Assembly (NCBI GenBank): GCA_964035545.1
Contig: CAXIUT010000230.1
Span: 1,550,001-1,614,000 of the forward strand
Source of the DNA: Bugula neritina
Taxonomy: Eukaryota; Animalia; Bryozoa
Length of the DNA stretch: 64,000 bases
Direction of reading: 5' to 3'
In this document: one piece after another, positions 48,901 through 63,000 of the stretch
Numbering within the stretch: the first letter of the stretch is position 1
Layout of the letters: each line of letters begins with the position of its first letter
Position numbers and translations under genes: made by a program
Notes under the pieces: model-generated
Told to the model about the DNA's origin: nothing
Seen by the model: the letters and a program-made list of their open reading frames with translations, nothing else
Database searches by the model: none

Positions 48901-51900
48901 AAATACGCTGCAACATACTGAAATATACTGCAAGATACTGCAACATACTGAAATACACTAAAATACACTGTAACCTATTGATCTACATTGCAAAACATCG
49001 AAATACACTGCAACATACTAAAATATGCTGTAGCATACTGAAAGACACTACAACTCACAGAAGGATAGTGTGATATACGGAAATGTATCGCAACATGCCC
49101 AAATATACTGCAACACACTGAAATATAAGGCAACATACTGAAATATTTTGCGAAGCATTGAAATATACTGCAACATGCTAAAATATACTGCAAAATACTG
49201 CAACATCCTAAAATACACTGTAACATACTGAAATACACTGCAACACCTTGAAAAATACTGCAACATACTTAAACATACAGCAACATACTAAAATACACTA
49301 TAACATATTGAAATATACTGCAACATACTGAAATACACTATAACATATTGAAATATGCTGTAGCATACTGAAATATGCTGCCACACACTGAAGTATACTG
49401 TAATATACAGAAATGTACTGTAACATACTGTAACATACTGAAACATACGGCAAAATACTGAAATGTACTGCAACATACTGAAATATACTGCAACAAAGTG
49501 CAACATACTGAAATACACTGTAACATATTGAAATACACTGCGACACATTAAAATATACTGCAACACACTGAAACATACGGCAACCTGCCGAATTATACTG
49601 CGACACGTTGAAAAATACTGCAACATACTGAAATATACTGCAAGTGGTGCAACATACTGAAATACACTGTGACACACTGAAATACACTGCAACATACTGC
49701 AACATACTGCAACATACTGAAATACACTGTAACATATTGAAATACACTGCAACATACTGCAACATACTGAAATACACTGGAACTTACTGAAATATACTGC
49801 GACACTTTAAAATATACTGTAACAAACTGAAATATACTTCAACATACTGCAACATACTAAAATACACTGTAACATACTGAAATACATTGCAACACATTGA
49901 AATATACTGCAACATACTGAAACATACTGCAACATACTGAAATATACTGCAACATACTGAATTACACTATAACATATTGAAATATAATGCAACATACTGA
50001 ATAACACTCTAACATACTGAACTAGGCTGTAGCATACTGAAATACACTGCCACACACTGAAGTATACTGTAATATACAGAAATGTAATGTAACATACTGA
50101 AACACACGGCAACATACTGAAATGTACTGTAACATACTGAAATATACTGCAATGTAGTGCAACGTACTGAAATACACTGTAACATAATGAATTACATTGC
50201 AACACCTTTAAACATACTGCAACATAATGAAACATACTGCAACATACTGAAATATACTGCAACATACTGAAACGTACGCAACATACTGAAATATGCTCTA
50301 GCATACTGAAATACACTGCAACACAGTGGAGTATACTGTAATACACTGAAATGTTATGCAACGTACTGAAAAATAATGCAACGCGCTGAATTACACTATA
50401 ACATACTGAAATGTACCGCAACATACTGAAATGTAGTGTAATATACAGAAATGAACTGTAACATACTGAATTATACTGTAACACATTGAAACATACTCTA
50501 ACATACCGAAATAGACTGTAACATACTGAAATATACTGCAACACACTGAAATGTACTGCAACATACTGAAATATGCTGTAGCATATTGAAAGACACTACA
50601 ACTCACTGAAGTATAGTGTAATATACGGGAATGTACTGCAACATGCCGAAATAAACTGCAACATACTGAAATACACTGGAACATATTGATATGCACTGCA
50701 ACACATTGAAATATACTGCAACACACTGAAACATAAGGCAACATAGTGAAATATACTGCGACACATTGGAATATACTGCAACATACTGAAATATGCTGTA
50801 GCACACTGAAAAACACTACAACTCACTGAAGTATGGTGTAATATACGGAAAAGTACTGTGACATGCCGAAATATACCGCAACATACTGAAATACACTACA
50901 ACATACTGCAACATACTGAAATACACTGGAACATATTGAAATACACTGCGACACATTGAATTATACTGCAACATACTGAAGTAAACTGAGACACATTAAA
51001 ATATACCGCAACCTACTGAAATATACTGCAACATACTGCAACATACTAAAATACCCTGCAACATACTGCAACATACTGAAATACACTGGAACATATTGAA
51101 ATACACTGCGAAACATTAAAATATACTGCAACACACTGAAACATAGGGCAACATACCGAAGTATACTGCGACACGTTGAAAAATACTGCAACATACTGAA
51201 ATATACTGCAAATGGTGCAACATACTGAAATACAATGTGACACACTGGAATACACTGCAACATACTGCAACATACTGAAATACACTGGAACTTACTGAAA
51301 TATACTGCGACATATTAAAATATACAGTAACATACCGAAATATACTTCAACATACTGCAACATACTAAAATACACTGTAACATACTGAAATACATTGCAA
51401 CACATTGAAATATACTGCAACATACTGAAACATACTGCAACATACTGAAATATACTGCAACATACTGAATTACACTATAACATATTGAAATATACTGCAA
51501 CATACTGAATTACACTCTAACAAACTGAAATATGCTGTAGCATACTGAATTACACTGCAACACACTGAAGTATACTGTAATATACTGAAATGTACTGCGA
51601 CATACTGAATTATACTGCAGCATACTGCAACATTCGGAAATACACTGTAACATAATGAAATATGCTGTAGCAGACTGAAATACACTGCAACACACTGAAG
51701 TATACTGTAATATACTGAAATGTACTGCAACATACTGGAATATACTGTAACACACTGAAATATATTCTAACATACCAAAATACACTGCAACACATTGAAA
51801 TATACTGCAACATACCAAAATGAATGGTAAACTAGTGAAATATACTGTAACATAATGAAACATACCGGAACATACTGCAACATAATAAAATATACTGTAA

Positions 51901-52820
51901 CACACTGAAATATGCTACAAGATGCTGAAACATACTGTAACACACTGAAACGTACGCAACATACTGAAATACGCTGCAACATACTGAAATATACTGCAAG
52001 ATACTGCAACATACTGAAATACACTGAAATACACTGTAACCTATTGAACTACATTGCAAAACATCGAAATACACTGCAACATACTAAAATATGCTGTAGC
52101 ATACTGAAAGACACTACAACTCACAGAAGGATAGTGTGATATACGGAAATGTATCGCAACATGCCCAAATGTACTGCAACACACTGAAATATAAGGCAAC
52201 ATACTGAAATATTTTGCGAAGCATTGAAATATACTGCAACATGCTAAAATATACTGCAAAATACTGCAACATCCTAAAATACACTGTAACATACTGAAAT
52301 ACACTGCAACACCTTGAAAAATACTGCAACATACTTAAACATACAGCAACATACTAAAATACACTATAACATATTGAAATATACTGCAACATACTGAAAT
52401 ACACTATAACATATTGAAATATGCTGTAGCATACTGAAATATGCTGCCACACACTGAAGTATACTGTAATATACAGAAATGTACTGTAACATACTGTAAC
52501 ATACTGAAACATACGGCAAAATACTGAAATGTACTGCAACATACTGAAATATACTGCAACAAAGTGCAACATACTGAAATACACTGTAACATATTGAAAT
52601 ACACTGCGACACATTAAAATATACTGCAACACACTGAAACAGACGGCAACCTGCCGAATTATACTGCGACACGTTGAAAAATACTGCAACATACTGAAAT
52701 ATACTGCAAGTGGTGCAACATACTGAAATACACTGTGACACACTGAAATACACTGCAACATACTGCAACATACTGCAACATACTGAAATACACCGTAACA
52801 TATTGAAATACACTGCAACA
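42960..52820. repeat. Higher-order repeat family 4 (~3226-bp base unit; observed spacings 4604, 3516, 3066)
   Basis: The landmark CTCACAGAAGGATAGTG and the plus-strand pseudo-ORF recur at 44242, 48846 and 51912. Length variants are explained by a 1088-bp duplication, a 290-bp duplication and a 160-bp deletion. Confidence 0.8.
44823..46998. repeat. Local 1088-bp tandem duplication inside HOR family 4
   Basis: Offset +1088 (44989/46077, 45215/46303, 45787/46875). Both copies share private variants TACTCTAACAAACTG and GTTACGCAACG. Confidence 0.85.
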
Positions 52821-53309
52821 TACTGAATTACACTCTAACAAACCGAAATATGCTGTAGCATACTGAATTACACTGCAACACACTGAAGTATACTGTAATA
52901 TACTGAAATGTACTGCGACATACTGAATTATGATGCAACATACTGCAACATACTGAAATACACTGTAACATAATGAAATATGCTGTAGCACACTGAAATA
53001 CACTGCAACACACTGAAGTATACTGTAATATACCGAAATGTACTGCAACATACTGGAATATACTGTAACACACTGAAATATACTCTAACATACCGAAATA
53101 CACTGTAACATACTGAAATAAACTGCAACATACTGCAACATACTGAAATACACTTGAACATAATGAAATACACTGAAACACATTGAATTATACTGCAACC
53201 TACCGAAATGAATGGTAAACTAGTGAAATATACTGTAACATAATGAAACATACCGGAACATACTGTAACATAATAAAATATACTGTAACACACTGAAATA
53301 TGCTACAAG

Positions 53310-56300
53310 ATACTGCAAAACACTGAGTACACTGTGTCATACTGAAATACACTGCAACATACTGCAAGATATTGCTACATACTGAATTACACTGTAACAT
53401 ATTGAAATACACTGCATCATACTGCAACATACTGAAATACACTGAAACATATTGATATACACTGCAACACATTGAAATATACTGCAACACACTGAAACGT
53501 AAGGCAACATACTGAAATATACTGCGACACATTGAAATATACTGCAACATACTAGAATATACTCCAACATACTGCAACTTCTTAAAATACACTGTAACAT
53601 ACTGAAATACACTGCATTACATTGAAAATTACTGCAACATACTGAAACATGCGGCAACATACTGAAATATACTGCAACATACTGAAATACACTATAACAT
53701 ATTGAAATATACTGCAACATACTGAAATACACTATAACATATTGAAATATGCTGTAGCATAGTGAAATACACTGCAACAAACTGGTGTATACTGTTATAT
53801 ACAGAAATGTACTGTAACATACTGAAACATACGGCAACATACTGAAATGTACTGAAACATACTGAAATATAATGCAACAAACTGCAACGTACTGATATAC
53901 ACTGAACCATAATGAAATACACTGCAACACATGGGAATATACAGCAACACACCTAATTATACGGTAATATACTGAAATATACTGTCACACAATGAAACAT
54001 ACCGGAATATACTGCAACATAATGAAATATACTGTAGCACACTGAAATATACTTCACGATACAGAAATATACTGTAACATACTGAAATGTCTGCAACATA
54101 CTGGAGTACACTGCAACATAGTGATTTATACTGCAACATACTGAAATTCACTGTAACATTTTGAATTACACTGCAGCATACTCCAACATCCTGAAATACA
54201 ATGTAACAATTGAAATACACTGCAAAACATCGAAATATACTGCAACACACTGAAATATACTTAAACATACAGAAATATACTGCAACATACAGAAATATAC
54301 TGCAACAGACTGCAACATACTAAGAGACAGTGTAACATACTGAAATAGACTGCAACACATTGGAATATACTGCAACATACTGAAATATGCTGCCACACAC
54401 TGAAGTATACTGTAATATACAGAAATGTACTGTAACATACTGTAACATACTGAAACATACGGCAAAATACTGAAATGTACTGCAACATACTGAAATATAC
54501 TGCAACAAAGTGCAACATACTGAAATACACTGTAACATATTGAAATACACTGCGACACATTAAAATATACTGCAACACACTGAAACATACGGCAACCTGC
54601 CGAATTATACTGCGATACGTTGAAATATACTGCAACATACTGAAATATATTGCAAGTGGTGCAACATACTGAAATACACTGTGACACACTGAAATACACT
54701 GCAACATACTGAAACATACTGCAACATTATGAAATACACTGTAACATATTGAAATACACTGCAACATACTGCAACATACTGAAATACACTGGAACTTACT
54801 GAAATATACTGCGACACTTTAAAATATACTGTAACATACTGAAATATACTTCAACATACTGCAACATACTAAAATACACTGTAACATACTGAAATACATT
54901 GCAACACATTGAAATATACTGCAACATACTGAAACATACTGCAACATACTGAAATGTACTGTAACATACTGAAATATACTGCAACGTAGTGCAACGTACT
55001 GAAATACACTGTAACATAATGAATTACAGTGCAACACATTAAAACATACTGCAACATAATGAAACATACTGCAACATACTGAAATATACTGCAACATACT
55101 GAATTACACTCTAACATACTGAAATATGCTCTAGCATACTGAAATACACTGCAACACAGTGGAGTATACTGTAATACACTGAAATGTTATGCAACGTACT
55201 GAAAAATAATGCAACGCGTTGAATTACACTATAACATACTGAAATATACCGAACATACTGAGATGTAGTGTAATATACAGAAATGAACTGTAACATACTG
55301 AATTATACTGTAACACACTGAAACATACTCTAACATACCGAAATAGACTGTAACATACTGAAATATACTGCAACATACTGAAATGTACTGCAACATACTG
55401 AAATATGCTGTAGCATATTGAAAGACACTACAACTCACTGAAGTATAGTGTAATATACGGGAATGTACTGCAACATGCCGAAATAAACTGGAACATACTG
55501 AAATACACTGGAACATATTGATATGCACTGCAACACATTGAAATATACTGCAACACACTGAAACATAAGGCAACATAGTGAAATATACTGCGACACATTG
55601 AAATATACTGCAACATACTAAAATATACTGCAACATACTGCAGCATCCTAAAATACACTGTAACATACTGAAATACACTGCAACACCTTGAAAAATACTG
55701 CAACATACTTAAACATACTGCAACATACAACCTACTGAAATATACTGCAACATACTAAAATACACTATAACGTATTGAAACATACTGCAACATACTGAAA
55801 TACACTATAACATATTGAAATATGCTGTAGCATACTGAAATACACTGCCACACACTGAAGTATACTGTAATATACAGAAATGTACTGTAACATACTGAAA
55901 CACACGGCAACATACTGAAATGTACTGCAACATACTGAAATATACTGCAACATACTGAAACGTACGCAACATACTAAAATACGCTTCAACATACTGTAAT
56001 ATACTGCAAGATACTGCAAAACACTGAGTACACTGTGTAATACTGAAATACACTGCAACATACTGCAAGATATTGCTACATACTGAATTACACTGTAACA
56101 TATTGAAATACACTGCATCATACTGCAACATACTGAAATACACTGAAACATATTGATATACACTGCAACACATTGAAATATACTGCAACACACTGAAACG
56201 TAAGGCAACATACTGAAATATACTGCGACACATTGAAATATACTGCAACATACTAGAATATACTCCAACATACTGCAACTTCCTAAAATACACTGTAACA

Positions 56301-57080
56301 TACTGAAATACACTGCATTACATTGAAAATTACTGCAACATACTGAAACATACGGCAACATACTGAAATATACTGCAACATACTGAAATACACTATAACA
56401 TATTGAAATATACTGCAACATACTGAAATACACTATAACATATTGAAATATGCTGTAGCATACTGAAATACACTGCAACAAACTGGTGTATACTGTTATA
56501 TACAGAAATGTACTGTAACATACTGAAACATACGGCAACATACTGAAATGTACTGAAACATACTGAAATATAATGCAACAAACTGCAACGTACTGATATA
56601 CACTGATCCATAATGAAATACACTGCAACACATGGGAATATACTGCAACACACCTAATTATACGGTAATATACTGAAATATACTGTCACTCAATAAAACA
56701 TACCGGAATATACTGCAACATAATGAAATATACTGTAGCACACTGAAATATACTTCACGATACAGAAATATACTGTAACATACTGAAATGTCTGCAACAT
56801 ACTGGAGTACACTGCAACATAGTGATTTATACTGCAACATACTGAAATTCACTGTAACATTTTGAATTACACTGCAGCATACTCCAACATCCTGAAATAC
56901 AATGTAACAATTGAAATACACTGCAAAACATCGAAATATACTGCAACACACTGAAATATACTTAAACATACAGAAATATACTGCAACATACAGAAATATA
57001 CTGCAACAGACTGCAACATACTGAGAAACAGTGTAACATACTGAAATAGACTGCAACACATTGGAATATACTGCAACATA
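53310..57080. repeat. Higher-order repeat family 2, third block (2701-bp variant with a 180-bp deletion near 54950)
   Basis: Offset +2701 (53957/56658); matches 39000-42960 at +14305 and then +14125. Confidence 0.82.
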
Positions 57081-60000
57081 CTGAAATATGCTGTAGCACA
57101 CTGAAAAACACTACAACTCACTGAAGTATGGTGTAATATACGGAAAAGTACTGTGACATGCCGAAATATACCGCAACATACTGAAATACACTACAACATA
57201 CTGCAACACACTGAAATACACTGGAACATATTGAAATACACTGCGACACATTGAATTATACTGCAACATACTGAAGTATACTGTAATACACTGAAATATA
57301 ATGCAACATACTGAATTATACTGCAACTTAATGCAACATACTGAAATACACTACAACATACTGCAACATACTGAAATACACTGTGATACACTGAAATACA
57401 CTGCAACATACTGCAATATACTGCAACATACTGAAGTAAACTGAGACACATTAAAATATACCGCAACCTACTGAAATATACTGCAACATACTGCAACATA
57501 CTAAAATACCCTGCAACATACTGCAACATACTGAAATACACTGGAACATATTAAAATACACTGCGAAACATTAAAATATACTGCAACACTCTGAAACATA
57601 GGGCAACATACCGAAGTATACTGCGACACGTTGAAAAATACTGCAACATACTGAAATATACTGCAAATGGTGCAACATACTGAAATACAATGTGACACAC
57701 TGGAATACACTGCAACATACTGCAACATACTGAAATACACTGGAACTTACTGAAATATACTGCGACATATTAAAATATACAGTAACATACCGAAATATAC
57801 TTTAACATACTGCAACATACTAAAATACACTGTAACATACTGAAATACATTGCAACACATTGAAATATACTGCAACATACTGAAACATACTGCAACATAC
57901 TGAAATATACTGCAACATACTGAATTACACTATAACATATTGAAATATACTGCAACATACTGAATTACACTCTAACAAACTGAAATATGCTGTAGCATAC
58001 TGAATTACACTGCAACACACTGAAGTATACTGTAATATACTGAAATGTACTGCGACATACTGAATTATACTGCAACATACTGCAACATTCTGAAATACAC
58101 TGTAACATAATGAAATATGCTGTAGCAGACTGAAATACACTGCAACACACTGAAGTATACTGTAATATACTGAAATGTACTGCAACATACTGGAATATAC
58201 TGTAACACACTGAAATATACTCTAACATACCAAAATACACTGCAACACATTGAAATATACTGCAACATACCAAAATGAATGGTAAACTAGTGAAATATAC
58301 TGTAACATAATGAAACATACCGGAACATACTGCAACATAATAAAATATACTGTAACACACTGAAATATGCTACAAGATGCTGAAACATACTGTAACATAC
58401 TGAAACGTACGCAACATACTGAAATACGCTGCAACATACTGAAATATACTGCAAGATACTGCAACATACTGAAATACACTGAAATACACTGTAACCTATT
58501 GATCTACATTGCAAAACATCGAAATACACTGCAACATACTAAAATATGCTGTAGCATACTGAAAGACACTACAACTCACAGAAGGATAGTGTGATATACG
58601 GAAATGTATCGCAACATGCCCAAATATACTGCAACACACTGAAATATAAGGCAACATACTGAAATATTTTGCGAAGCATTGAAATATACTGCAACATGCT
58701 AAAATATACTGCAAAATACTGCAACATCCTAAAATACACTGTAACATACTGAAATACACTGCAACACCTTGAAAAATACTGCAACATACTTAAACATACA
58801 GCAACATACTAAAATACACTATAACATATTGAAATATACTGCAACATACTGAAATACACTATAACATATTGAAATATGCTGTAGCATACTGAAATATGCT
58901 GCCACACACTGAAGTATACTGTAATATACAGAAATGTACTGTAACATACTGTAACATACTGAAACATACGGCAAAATACTGAAATGTACTGCAACATACT
59001 GAAATATACTGCAACAAAGTGCAACATACTGAAATACACTGTAACATATTGAAATACACTGCGACACATTAAAATATACTGCAACACACTGAAACATACG
59101 GCAACCTGCCGAATTATACTGCGACACGTTGAAAAATGCTGCAACATACTGTAATATACTGCAAGTGGTGCAACATACTGAAATACACTGTGACACACTG
59201 AAATACACTGCAACATACTGCAACATACTGCAACATACTGAAATACACTGTAACATATTGAAATACACTGCAACACATTGAAATATACTGCAACATACTG
59301 AAACATACTGCAACATACTGAAATATACTGCAACATACTGAATTACACTATAACATATTGAAATATAATGCAACATACTGAATAACACTCTAACATACTG
59401 AACTAGGCTGTAGCATACTGAAATACACTGCCACACACTGAAGTATACTGTAATATACAGAAATGTAATGTAACATACTGAAACACACGGCAACATACTG
59501 AAATGTACTGTAACATACTGAAATATACTGCAATGTAGTGCAACGTACTGAAATACACTGTAACATAATGAATTACATTGCAACACCTTTAAACATACTG
59601 CAACATAATGAAACATACTGCAACATACTGAAATATACTGCAACATACTGAAACGTACGCAACATACTGAAATATGCTCTAGCATACTGAAATACACTGC
59701 AACACAGTGGAGTATACTGTAATACACTGAAATGTTATGCAACGTACTGAAAAATAATGCAACGCGTTGAATTACACTATAACATACTGAAATGTACCGC
59801 AACATACTGAAATGTAGTGTAATATACAGAAATGAACTGTAACATACTGAATTATACTGTAACAAATTGAAACATACTCTAACATACCGAAATAGACTGT
59901 AACATACTGAAATATACTGCAACACACTGAAATGTACTGCAACATACTGAAATATGCTGTAGCATATTGAAAGACACTACAACTCACTGAAGTATAGTGT

Positions 60001-63000
60001 AATATACGGGAATGTACTGCAACATGCCGAAATAAACTGCAACATACTGAAATACACTGGAACATATTGATATGCACTGCAACACATTGAAATATACTGC
60101 AACACACTGAAACATAAGGCAACATAGTGAAATATACTGCGACACATTGGAATATACTGCAACATACTGAAATATGCTGTAGCACACTGAAAAACACTAC
60201 AACTCACTGAAGTATGGTGTAATATACGGAAAAGTACTGTGACATGCCGAAATATACCGCAACATACTGAAATACACTACAACATACTGCAACATACTGA
60301 AATACACTGGAACATATTGAAATACACTGCGACACATTGAATTATACTGCAACATACTGAAGTATACTGTAATACACTGAAATATAATGCAACATACTGA
60401 ATTATACTGCAACTTAATGCAACATACTGAAATACACTACAACATACTGCAACATACTGAAATACACTGTGATACACTGAAATACACTGCAACATACTGC
60501 AATATACTGCAACATACTGAAGTAAACTGAGAAACATTAAAATATACCGCAACCTACTGAAATATAATGCAACATACTGCAACATACTAAAATACACTGC
60601 AACATACTGCAACATACTGAAATACACTGGAACATATTGAAATACACTGCGAAACATTAAAATATACTGCAACACACTGAAACATAGGGCAACATACCGA
60701 AGTATACTGCGACACGTTGAAAAATACTGCAACATACTGAAATATACTGCAAATGGTGCAACATACTGAAATACAATGTGACACACTGGAATACACTGCA
60801 ACATACTGCAACATACTGAAATACACTGGAACTTACTGAAATATACTGCGACATATTAAAATATACAGTAACATACCGAAATATACTTCAACATACTGCA
60901 ACATACTAAAATACACTGTAACATACTGAATTACATTGCAACACATTGAAATATACTGCAACATACTGAAACATACTGCAACATACTGAAATATACTGCA
61001 ACATACTGAATTACACTATAACATATTGAAATATACTGCAACATACCGAATTACACTCTAACAAACTGAAATATGCTGTAGCATACTGAATTACACTGCA
61101 ACACACTGAAGTATACTGTAATATACTGAAATGTACTGCGACATACTGAATTATACTGCAGCATACTGCAACATTCGGAAATACACTGTAACATCATGAA
61201 ATATGCTGTAGCAGACTGAAATACACTGCAACACACTGAAGTATACTGTATTATACTGAAATGTACTGCAACATACTGGAATATACTGTAACACACTGAA
61301 ATATACTCTAACATACCAAAATACACTGCAACACATTGAAATATACTGCAACATACCAAAATGAATGGTAAACTAGTGAAATATACTGTAACATAATGAA
61401 ACATACCGGAACATACTGCAACATAATAAAATATACTGTAACACACTGAAATATGCTACAAGATGCTGAAACATACTGTAACACACTGAAACGTACGCTA
61501 CATACTGAAATACGCTGCAACATACTGAAATATACTGCAAGATACTGCAACATACTGAAATACACTGAAATACACTGTAACCTATTGAACTACATTGCAA
61601 AACATCGAAATACACTGCAACATACTAAAATATGCTGTAGCATACTGAAAGACACTACAACTCACAGAAGGATAGTGTGATATACGGAAATGTATCGCAA
61701 CATGCCCAAATATACTGCAACACACTGAAATATAAGGCAACATACTGAAATATTTTGCGAAGCATTGAAATATACTGCAACATGCTAAAATATACTGCAA
61801 AATACTGCAACATCCTAAAATACACTGTAACATACTGAAATACACTGCAACACCTTGAAAAATACTGCAACATACTTAAACATACAGCAACATACTAAAA
61901 TACACTATAACATATTGAAATATACTGCAACATACTGAAATACACTATAACATATTGAAATATGCTGTAGCATACTGAAATATGCTGCCACACACTGAAG
62001 TATACTGTAATATACAGAAATGTACTGTAACATACTGTAACATACTGAAACATACGGCAAAATACTGAAATGTACTGCAACATACTGAAATATACTGCAA
62101 CAAAGTGCAACATACTGAAATACACTGTAACATATTGAAATACACTGCGACACATTAAAATATACTGCAACACACTGAAACATACGGCAACCTGCCGAAT
62201 TATACTGCGACACGTTGAAAAATACTGCAACATACTGAAATATACTGCAAGTGGTGCAACATACTGAAATACACTGTGACACACTGAAATACACTGCAAC
62301 ATACTGCAACATACTGCAACATACTGAAATACACTGTAACATATTGAAATACACTGCAACATACTGCAACATACTGAAATACACTGGAACTTACTGAAAT
62401 ATACTGCGACACTTTAAAATATACTGTAACATACTGAAATATACTTCAACATACTGCAACATACTAAAATACACTGTAACATACTGAAATACATTGCAAC
62501 ACATTGAAATATACTGCAACATACTGAAACATACTGCAACATACTGAAATATACTGCAACATACTGAAACATACGGCAACCTGCCGAATTATACTGCGAC
62601 ACGTTGAAAAATACTGCAACATACTGAAATATACTGCAAGTGGTGCAACATACTGAAATACACTGTGACACACTGAAATACACTGCAACATACTGCAACA
62701 TACTGCAACATACTGAAATACACTGTAACATATTGAAATACACTGCAACACATTGAAATATACTGCAACATACTGAAACATACTGCAACATACTGAAATA
62801 TACTGCAACATACTGAATTACACTATAACATATTGAAATATAATGCAACATACTGAATAACACTCTAACATACTGAACTAGGCTGTAGCATACTGAAATA
62901 CACTGCCACACACTGAAGTATACTGTAATATACAGAAATGTAATGTAACATACTGAAACACACGGCAACATACTGAAATGTACTGTAACATACTGAAATA

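Noticed and set aside
13136-61680. Recurrent plus-strand 71-75 aa ORF (MLQD[T/A]E[I/T]YCNILK...)
   Set aside because: It recurs only because it sits in a HOR module where a 9-bp monomer shifts the frame past the TGA codons. There is no domain or gene context.
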